Below are positions 1 through 15,271 of a stretch of 64,000 nucleotides of DNA, one piece after another. This stretch comes from Yuukianura sp. NJ FZ-2021. Taxonomy: Eukaryota. A program made the translations under genes and the position numbers. The first letter of the stretch is position 1; each line of letters begins with the position of its first letter. The notes under the pieces are model-generated. The model had not been told where the DNA came from, did no database searches, and saw nothing but the letters and a program-made list of their open reading frames with translations. Location: assembly GCA_046563655.1 (NCBI GenBank), contig CM102286.1, forward strand, positions 15,190,001 to 15,254,000. The letters run 5' to 3'.

Positions 1-476
1 GTGGGTGATTGTTCGCCACCCTCGTGCTCCATTCGGTTCTGGTCTGTACACTGTCAAATCACGCCATCCAAACTTACCCAGCACCACTTCTCCCTCAGGA
101 AACTCAGCGCATTTACTCCGAATCACACTAAAAAGTCATATTTCAACTTAAAATAAAACTCATTTTCAGAATAAATTTTGAGAAGAGTTTGTAGTTGTGA
201 GTCTTACGTAGCTACTTGTGGTCCTGGAATGACTTCATCCAGCGGAATGTCACCCAGAGCAATTCGAACAATGGGGTCAACACTGATGTAGTCAGCTCGA
301 ACCAAGATTTCTGTTGAACAAATGTAAATTTGAGAACAGTGAGGTCAGAGTTCATGACTTGACTTACCGCCGTCTTGTAGCTCTGGAAGTGTTTCCTCGA
401 CGAGTTTGAAATCGGTGAGTTGGACTGGACCCACAACGCGCTTGTCGCTCGCCAACAGAAACTTCCTGGAGGTCAT
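1..476 (-). CDS. PTGR1: Prostaglandin reductase 1-like NADP-dependent alkenal/enone reductase (MDR family), 5' part only; runs off the window edge
   Basis: Spliced exons 476-368, 310-208, 127-1 read MTSRKFLLASDKRVVGPVQLTDFKLVEETLPELQDGEILVRADYISVDP...VIPGPQVATVIRSKCAEFPEGEVVLGKFGWR, the typical PTGR1/LTB4DH N-terminus; GT-AG introns. Confidence 0.8.
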
Positions 477-1078
477 TGTGCAAATAGGAAAGTGGAAGTG
501 ACTGTGCTTCACTGGAATCCAAGTGCTCAACTAAAGAGAACAAGAGTTAAGTGCTTTCTAACGACCTTCCAAATTACTTTTCAAACCAGTTCCTAAATTT
601 CAAAATTTTATTTTTGGAAATTGATGGACTCATGGCTCCTAGCTTTGAAAAGTCCGTTATTTAAAGGAAATTGTTGTGAATAGTTTCATTGTGGAAGCGA
701 GAGGTCATCTGTTGACCTTTAGAATGAAGATTTGTCAGAATAAGTTGGAGCAGAATCTCCAAAGTTCAAGGACACAGATACAATTGTTTGAAATTCAAAC
801 ATTTCTAAATGGGGCCATTCAATTCTTACCAAAAGTTAATGTTCTTCCAGGAAACTATTTTGTTGTGAATAAATTATGTAATTGCCATTCATCTTGTAAT
901 TGAATGAGCTCCTAATGGATTTATAATGAAGATGACTTGTTAATTACAAAGTAGATCATTAGTTAACTACTTCAGTCGTTTGTCCACCATTCAATCACTT
1001 CACTTCCAAAAGACTTCAGACGAATCTAGGAAAAGTGAACAATTCGGAATTATTTTCGCAACTTTCAAAATTTTGGAA

Positions 1079-3817
1079 ATGGAGTCGTGGTTGACTGTGG
1101 GAAGAGACGATGGAGAATGTTGGTGTGCGTTGGGATTGGCGCAGTCGCTTGCTGCCTCCGGAACAACCAAAAATACAACCATCTTTACTGGTCAAAATGT
1201 GTCCAACGAAATGAGGTAAATCCGTGCCATATTTTAGTTAAGATTTAAAATTAAGTTAAATTTTTTACGTTCTTTGTGGTGTTAAGATTCCTGCTGGGTC
1301 ATTTCTTTGACCTTGTGCAGCCACTGCCAGCGGAATTCAAGCTGACCTCTGACCTGGCCACTTTCACCCCTTGGACCAAATGTGTCACGTTGGACGCCAA
1401 TTATATCGTAAACCATTTCAATTTAATTTATAAAAACGAAAATTCAAAACTTACCCGCAGTTTTTTGTTGATTAAAGGCACTGGAAAATGTAGATGAACT
1501 TTTTGAAACTTCCCGATCAAAAGATTCTCCGATCGACGCCTCACGTCAAGTTGAAGTGGTGATTTGGAGTCGAGGCGGTTCACGGACGCTTACAAAGTAA
1601 AAGCAGAAATTAAAATTTTCAATTTTTACTTTTTTTACGAAATAAAAGAAGCGTTACCTTTGTAATTCGCAGAGCAAAAACGAAGAAACTTGTTGAAATG
1701 GATTTGAATTTGCTGGGTTCTCTCTGGACTCCAGTGTTCAACGTTCTGTTTCAAATGGACACCGAAGTTCAAAAGTCACTTTTGAAGTCTTGTCCAATCC
1801 CAGCACCAAGTATTCCTCGGAGCTTTGAAAATACTGGCACAAAGGCGGATTTGTCCGAAGCAATTGCAATTGTAGGGATGAGTTGTCGTTTTCCTGGAGC
1901 AAACACGCTGGACGAATACTGGGACATTCTAAAAAACGGAAAACACACAGTGACTCGATTTCCTGTAGGAAGAGCCACTTTTGACATTCCAGGTTAAAAT
2001 CCAAACTCAAAAGTTGTTAACTAAACTCGTAAAAAACTCACGTAATTTGACGTTTGACATTGCAGGAATCGAGGAGTCAGTGGCTGGATTCCTGAGTTGC
2101 CCCATCGATGAGTTTGACCCTGCGTTCTTTGACATTGACCCAGCAGAGGCCTGGGTCATTGACCCCCAGCAACGTCTTTTGCTGGAAGTCGCTTGGGAGA
2201 GTGTGGAAGACGCAGGGATAGATGCAGCTACACTTCGTGGGACGAACGGAGGCGTGTTTGTTGGAAATTTGCTGCAGGACTACGAACGCATGATCCCACC
2301 CAACGACTTGGTGGGTCTGGATGGGACTACTCGGATGGTCGGAAACTGCTTGAGTGGTCTGAGTGGTCGGTTGTCCAGATTTCTAGGTCTTAAGGGTCCC
2401 AGTATTTCTCATGAAGCAGGCTGTTCCTCTGGACTCGGAGCGATGCACTTGGCGTCTGAATCTCTTTTAAGAAAAGAGTGTGATGTGGCTTTGTCTGGCG
2501 CTGTGAATCTCGTGATTCTGCCAAGAGCTTACAACACTGCAGTGCTGTCAGCTCATTTCAAGTGCAAGACATTTGACGAATCGGCTGATGGCTTTGTGTC
2601 TGGAGAGGCCGTGGGAGTTTTGGTTTTGAAGAGATACGCAGATGCAGTGAGGGATGGAGATCGCATTCGGGCAGTCGTCAGAGGAACGGCCATGAGCAAT
2701 GACGGGGCTTCCCTGTGCTACGGAACTCCAAATCCGGAAGGGCATGCAAGAACGCATAAACTGGCTTTGGCAAAAGCAGGAGTTCTGCCAAGAGATGTCG
2801 CCTATGTTGAGACACACGGAACTGGAACACAAAAAGGAGGCAATGTTTAAAAAAATTTCGAAAATTTGAAATTCAATTTCAAGAAAAAAAATGTTTAATT
2901 GTTTTTTGTTTTTGTTTTACTTAGACATCGGAGAGGTGTTTGGATTGGCGGAAGCTTACGGAGGAAACAGAAAGAGTCCGCTTCTGATTGGTTCCGTAAA
3001 GCCGAACATTGGTCACGGTGAAGCGGCTGCCGCTGTGGGTTCACTCGTTAAACTTGTTTTATCTCTGGAAAACGAAGCCATTCCACCAAACATCTTCTTA
3101 AACAAGGTCAATTCCAAGATTGACCTTGACTCCATTCCTGCGCAGATTCCAACACAGTTGACCCCTTGGACCGGAAATGGACGTCTGGCTGGCATCAGTT
3201 CATTTAGTCTCACTGGCTCCCTTGTCCACGCCATCCTCCAGTCAACTCCTCCAAAAAACTCCAGTTTCTTAAACAACCAATCAGACGATGAGAAACCACA
3301 GCTCATCTGCATTTCTGCCAAAACCGGAACTGCTTTGGAGCTTCAACTGGAAAACTACGTTGCCTTCTTGCGTCGAAATGGAAGTGTGAAGTTGGTGGAT
3401 GTTGCCATGGCTGCAAATGTTTGTAGAACCCATTTCTGCCATCGGATAGCAGTTTTGACCAGCAGTGTGGCTGAATTGATAGAGAAGCTGGAGAGTGGGG
3501 ACTACTTGGCAGGAATTGGGACAGAAGTGGGAGAAACTGTGGACGTAGTGGCTGAAAGTGGACAGTGGTCGAAAGTGGAAGTCTATTTGGAAAACGTAGG
3601 GAAATCGTATGTGAAAGGCGGGATTTTGAATTGGTCTGCATGGTTCGGACGGCGGGAAAAGAAAGTTTTCCTGCCTTTTTATCCATTTGAACGCCAGAAA
3701 TACTGGTTCCATCCCTCAGATTTCCCTCTGGTCATGCGCAAACGAATTGCAGAAAGTGAGTCACTTGAGCCACCAAATCTCCCACCTCCAGCCAATGTCC
3801 ACAATTTCAACAGTTGA
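1079..3817 (+). CDS. Fusion protein: degenerate glycogenin/GT8-like N-terminal domain + type I PKS ketosynthase + KS-AT linker and post-AT linker, no AT/ACP (787 aa, 6 exons)
   Basis: Exons 1079-1215, 1287-1407, 1478-1596, 1673-1992, 2066-2839, 2925-3817 join in frame (2364 nt). KS motifs AIAIVGMSCRFPGA, DPQQRLLLEVAWE, AGCSSG (Cys), ETHGTGT (His), KPNIGHGEAAA (His); post-AT motif LPFYPFERQKYW. N-terminus WLTVG..ALGLAQSL..VSNEMR..FD.V..KCVTLDANYIALENVDELF matches the glycogenin pattern. Confidence 0.85.
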
Positions 3818-4025
3818 AACTAAGCTCAGAATTCCTTTGCTAAGCTCCTAAACTTTGCTTTAAAATTGCCAAGTTTTTAAGTAAAGCGATTTTCACAATT
3901 CAATTTTTCAGAAAACTGTTCCTCTTAATACAAAAAAGTTAGACTCCACCCTGTTCCCCTGTTTTATTTTATTCTTTTTCAATGATTTAAAAAAATAGGT
4001 AAAAATTCTAAGTGTAAAAATAGTG

Positions 4026-9485
<5,460 letters not shown>

Positions 9486-10336
9486 TTCTGTTAATTTGGA
9501 AACTATCAAATTAGTCAACTTACAAAATAGTTTATGAATTTTGGTTCAAAATTACGAATCCCGATGAAAAGTGTCCATTGTGGAGAGATGAATGTGCAAC
9601 GATTGGAGATGTTTGATGGTTGGTGTTTAGTTTCCGGTTGCCCTTGACCACGTACTCCTCATCCCGCTGTGAATAAAATCCATTTCGGAAATTATTGCTC
9701 AATAATACCATCCCAAACACATTTCCTAGTAAAAAAATAAATAAAATAAACAATTAATAAACGAATTAATTGAACACTCAAATGGATTCATGTAAATAAA
9801 AATCCATCTTTTCCATAAATCCAAAAGTAACTCAAGCAGAGTATCCCACATTCAATACCTTAATCCACTTTTTTTTTAACCAAGATGCAATTCAGTGTCC
9901 CACAAATGTGGACACTGGAAAAACTGTGAGTGCATAGCAGCGTCAAACGGCATTTGCACTGGAAGGAACGACCTTGTATTAGTTTTTGGAAGAACTTGAC
10001 AAAGATAAAGACGGAAGTTGGTCAGTTTAAACAAAAGACACTAAGGACATGAATTCGTAATGAATTGTCAACTGGGATCGAAGTGTAAGAAATTCCAAGC
10101 AAACATTGCATGTCGCACGACACGATCCACCCAGGGTTAGCCAAATACCCACAAAATAAGCGATTGAAAAAAGATTCTAACTGCTACAAAAGGTTAGCGA
10201 GCGGAGGGGAGGAAGGATCCTTGTGTGTTGTGTGATCAAGTGAGCGACACTGCGGGAATTAACACTTAATTGGTCTCTACACTATTCAAAAGTGTCCACT
10301 CTCCGGAGACGGCAGTTTACCCGGGTAGAGAACACC

Positions 10337-11162
10337 ATGAAGATCCTCAAGAGGAAAAAGAAACAGTCTCCTCCATCACAACCCATCAACACACTCAGGA
10401 TCATTCCAGTGTCAGGTAAGAATTAGACTTTTAAATTTAAGTTAGACTAACCTTGTTTTCACTTTTACTTTTGAGATGCTGCTGAAAGGAGTCTGCGATT
10501 CCGCGTAGTTTGGTCTGATGACAGTCTCTTTCTGCAAGTGTACGATGTGACAGAGACTTGTGTGAGTCCAGACAAGTTATTAATCTGCCTCTTGGTCCTC
10601 GACGCAGCAGATTCACCAGTACTCAAAGTGTCACACAGGAAAGGAGTCGCCGTAAGTCTACGAAACAGGAAAAGAGTGGAAACATTAAAACGTTTTTACA
10701 TTTTTATACTATTAATAGAAATAATCATTATTTGATTAGAGCGTGACAATCTGCAGTCCAACGGGAGTTCTGATTGGCGAATCAATTTCCGAACTAAAGG
10801 TTCGCTGCTGCTCCATCAAACCAAAGTACACTTTGTTGTCTCGATTCGGAAAGCAGTTGTTAGTGATGGAAGGAAAAGCAAGGTGCTGTCCACCGGGACT
10901 TAAAGTAAGCAAAAGCAACAGTACTCTTCCAGTATGTACTGCCAGTACTTTTGTTTGATTCGTGAAGGTGCGGGTGAAGACAGGGGGCGTGGCTGGACGA
11001 GAGTTGGCTTTCATCACGATGCCAACCATTTCGTCATTTTCAGCGGAAGTGACGTTTTTGGCTCATGAGAAAGTGAGTGAGCACAGTAGGAACCTTATTC
11101 TGGGCATGGCCATTGGAATCATCCTCCAATCACAAGACACAAAGTACATACAAACCACTTAA
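10337..11162 (+). CDS. Small 4-exon gene, phospholipid scramblase/LURP-one (tubby-like) fold candidate
   Basis: Four in-frame GT-AG exons (from 10337, 10476, ~10740, ~10968). They give LVLDAADSPVLKV, ICSPTGVLIG, RCCSIKPKYTL, ARCCPP and a C-terminal RNLILGMAIGI helix reminiscent of scramblases. Confidence 0.5.
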
Positions 11163-11477
11163 GACCAAAAACACATCCAAACTTACTTGTTAGTACTGCT
11201 AAAATGCAAAGATGTAAAGAAAAAGTAGTAGTTTTACGAAGCATAACCTCCATCAGCAATGAATTGAAAGCACAAATTGAAAAATAAGCACAAGCACTCA
11301 TGCTTTGTTTAATGCCAAGCCAAAGTTTGAATTGAATAAAGCAATTAATGCAAATTGACCCACAAGCAAAGTAATCAAAGGAGACCTTACTTCAAAACAC
11401 AATTTGGAATAGGACGACTCGTCTTGAACGAATTTAGAACGTTTGAACATCGTGATTGTTGGCTGTAAGTTGAGTTT

Positions 11478-12326
11478 TTAGAAGTTGTTGATGGAGATGG
11501 CGCAGATGAGAGAAGTGAGGAGCGACATTGTGACTTCCAGGCGACCACATCCTGATCCGCCACTGCCTTTCTCATCTCCACTACCGGCGGGTTCACCAGC
11601 CCCACCTCCAGACGGTGGCGGGGTAGACCCACCACCAGCAGCAGTCGGTTCACCTTAAATACACAAAGACATTACTAACATTTGATTTTCGACTTAAGTT
11701 CTAAGTTAGAGATGAAATGAGTCAACTTACGGTAGCATATAAAGTGTTCATCAAGTCCACATCCACGTTCGGCCTCCTCGCACTCCCTGACATCGGCTTG
11801 AAATCCTATGCAAGTTGTCTTACCAACATTCTTCTCAGAGATGATCCAGAAGAAACTGTTAACTGGTGAGACAAAGACACAACTCATTTCATTACTTTCC
11901 CAGAGTCATGATTAGAACTAAAGTACGTACACTCAGTCTCAGTTCCGTTGTTCTCCGCATTGACCTCCTTGCACAACCCCGTCAAGTCATTAATTTGGTC
12001 TTCTGTGAGTGAAGCAGTTCCTTTCTGAGCAGCACATTTACCCTCCGCTTCAGCGTACTTCCCCTACAATGTCCAAGTGTAACAATTAACAACTTCCTCA
12101 AGAACACAATGGAGACAGGAGATAACAGTTAAGTGTAGTACGTACTTTCTCACTCTTGTCGCTGTAGTAGAAGTTGGAAGTCTTCAACTGAACAAACGCA
12201 CCATCCACTCCTGTATCAAACAACACACGTCACTCCAAATTCAAGTGCATGACCTCACAATGACCCTCACTTACCGATCGTCACTGCGACGACAAGGAAC
12301 GCTCCCGCGATCAACAAGCGATTCAT
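11478..12326 (-). CDS. Secreted/GPI-anchored 185-aa protein with a divergent C-type-lectin-like domain and Gly/Pro/Ser linker
   Basis: Exons 12326-12275, 12210-12146, 12063-11931, 11862-11731, 11653-11478 (558 nt, in frame). Signal peptide MNRLLIAGAFLVVAVTIG; YAEAEGKC...FFWII...TTCIGF...CEEAERGC...HFICY; linker GGGSTPPPSGGG; hydrophobic tail MSLLTSLICAISINNF. Confidence 0.65.
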
Positions 12327-13026
12327 CCCTCCTTCTCTTAATTGTTAAGGACACAGTTAATTGTTAAGGACGTAGTTAATTGTTAAAGACAGAAGGTGGA
12401 GTGGAGCAGAAGAGGGGAGACGTCCACACTCTACGCAAGACAAAGGAACAATGAGAGGAAAAGAAGGAATCCAGTGGAGGGAAAAACAGTTTCAAAATCA
12501 AACTCACAGTCACATGACCAACGTCAGAAACTATGGCAACTCCGAAGTTAATTAATTAATATTATAAAATAAATTATAATATTCATTGGAAACTTATTAT
12601 TATTTCCATATTACCCAAAGTAGAATAATTTCTAACCCTTGAATAATTTAATATGGTTAAATGAGTAATAAATAATTTGATGGTTGGTGTAGGGGTTACT
12701 CGCACTCTCTCTGAAGAAACCTGCCGCCCATACAGCAGCATCATTTTTAAGGGCCTCTCAAGGGCCCTTAAAACCAAATCAGTCTTCAAACTCGTGAAAT
12801 AGAGTCGCCATTTTGAACCAGAAGCGTTTTGTGGCTTAGGAGGAAAAGTCTAAAACTTGTTTCTGGGAGTATCGTCCAATTAAAAACCTGGAAATGAAAG
12901 TTTAGCACAACCAATAATTTAATCTCCTAAGAAATAGAATAGTACAAATTGATTAGGAATACCAACGACCAACTTATACACAAGTCCCTAAACTACTTGG
13001 TTTGGACGCCTACTTAAGGAAATGCT

Positions 13027-15031
13027 TCAGTGGATCAACTCCATTTTGAAGTTGTGTTTTTGGAGACGTTGGGCAAGAGTCGTTTTGGCAAAGGCCACTC
13101 CAGGAGTAAACACACCACCGCTACAATTCAACACAAAAATAAATCAAAATTAAGTTTTAATTTAAAACACGCATTTTGAATAGAAAAGTATGGGTGACCT
13201 GGGTGGAAGAGCGTCGCTTTCAAAGAGGATTGTGAGAGCGGCCTGGATGATGGCCATACAAGTGAATCCGTAGGCAGGGTTGTTCCCACTCATCTAATTC
13301 AAAGAGTCAATTAAAATTAAACATTGTTCAATTATTGTTTATTATTCTAATTTAATTAAATTACTTTGAGGACGACTCTCTTATCCGGTGGGTTTGGGTA
13401 GTCGCCCTCCTTCGTGTATTTGCTCAGAGGAGACGCCCATCCCCTCCCTTCCAAAGTAAAGGAAAAGTCAAAGGCCTCCATCTGAGCACGCGTAGGACCT
13501 CAACATCAACATTCAAATATATTTAAATAAATATTTAGGATTAAAACATGGAAAATAGAAATATTAGTACCTTCCATAGAGAATATGCCGAGAGAGAAGA
13601 GACGAGGAAACTGGAATAGGTGGAATGAAATTATAATTAAGTGGAATTCATTAATTAGTTAATGTTAATTGGTTAATTTTAGTTGAGTTCTGACGTGATC
13701 CAGGAGATAGAGTCCTCCGGGTATCCTGTGCATGATGGCGTAGAGTCCACATCCCAACAGAACGAGGAGAGTGATGAAAATGTTGGACTGCTTGAGGTAG
13801 GCCACGAACTGCGTCGGTCGCCTCTTCTCCTTCAAGTAAAAATAGTGTTGGGATTTCTCCACTGCCTAAAATGAATTAGTTACAATTAAAACTAATTCAT
13901 TAATTAATCAATTTAAATTCAAATTTTGAATGAGAAAAGTGGTACCCAGAGATCCGGATGTGGAAACGGCATGCACCAGCCTCTTTCGCCAACGTCATTT
14001 CGATGCAACATCCACCTTCTACAAAAAAGAAATCAGAAATGACAAGCTAAAAATTGCAAAATTTTGAATTGAATTGCAATTGAGCGTTACCTGTTGATTG
14101 GGTATTTTGGTTTGGGCAGTTCATCTGGATAGAGTTGACGCAGAAGGGGGCGGAGCTTGGTGATGTTTGCGTAAAAGTGTTGAAGTGAAGTCCAAGTGCC
14201 GTAGTTGATTTTGTTCGTCCAGAGATGCGATCCAATGTAAACATAACACTCCACGGAATTCAAGTCACCTTCAAAAAACTAACATTATTCAAAACTGTTT
14301 GATTTGTTTCAGTTTCCAACTTTACCGTCAAATTGTTGTCGTAAATAGTTGATTCCGCATTCTGATGGAATACCTGCAAAAAACCAATCAAAACTTTCAA
14401 TTCAACTGCTTTTGAAAACAATTTCCAGTTTTTCAGTGTATTTTTAAACAAACTATCGAATCCACAACTGGCGACGACGTAAACTCCCTTCTCTTGAGCT
14501 TCCTTGTGGTATCTGATCTGCATGTCAGTTGCATTGAGAGTCTCAGCAGACAGGTCAATGTGGTGTGTCCCGCTCTTAATACACGCTTTGATTACTGCCT
14601 CTCCTAACAATTTAAAAAAAGAGACACTAAAATTTAAAAAGTATGAAGTTTTAACTTAAAAAGTAGGAAAGACGGACCGTATTTGGCGTAAGGCCCAACT
14701 GTGTTGAGCACAAGGCGACATTGAGCTGCCATCTTCTCCAGCGACGCTTCATCCGCCACGTCTGCCACAATCTTCTCAACTTCCCCCAACTCCTCACCTA
14801 AAATTCAAAAAACAGTTCAACAGCAGTTCATAAACACATATTTTGAAATTTACCAGTAAAAGTTGCAACTTCCTGGAGGATTTGTTCCAGTTTGTGAACA
14901 GATCGTCCTGCTACTGCCCACGTAAACTTCTCCGAGTGACCTGCCTTTTCCGTCAACACTATTTGCTCAACAACATGCTTCCCACTGAACCCAGTGGCTC
15001 CAAACACAACCAAATCAAACCTCCTCTCCAT
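13027..15031 (-). CDS. SCCPDH: Saccharopine dehydrogenase-like oxidoreductase, paralog A
   Basis: MERRFDLVVFGATGFSG, WAVAGRS, VLNTVGPYAKYGEAVIKACI, GVYVVASCGFDS, C-terminal GGVFTPGVAFAKT; multiple GT-AG introns. Confidence 0.88.
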
Positions 15032-15271
15032 TCTTACAAAGTCAACTCTAATTTTTAAAAACTGGGAATTGTGTTATTGAAGTTTAGCTGTTTGTAAAGT
15101 GTAGCCGATAGAATGATGAGAATTTGGTACTCCTTTGGCACAGATCAACTTTTTAACAAGTTGAGTCAAGAATGTGCCAAAGGGCATCTCAGAATCTTGT
15201 TTTGCTAAACCATGGCAAGTTCTGTCATATCCTTAATTTTTTTTGTCGTGAGTAAAAAATGATAAGTTGAT

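Noticed and set aside
2840..2924. Apparent stop/frameshift splitting the KS (pseudogene)
   Set aside because: A GC-AG intron restores the canonical HGTGTxxGDxxE motif in frame.
1079..3817. Bacterial contamination of the PKS region
   Set aside because: Five spliceosomal introns of local size and style, and contiguity with arthropod genes.
12338..12390. Three ~19-bp repeats (TTAATTGTTAAGGAC) and a similar 26-bp direct repeat at 56745-56800
   Set aside because: Small local slippage duplications in UTR/promoter DNA with no further structure.
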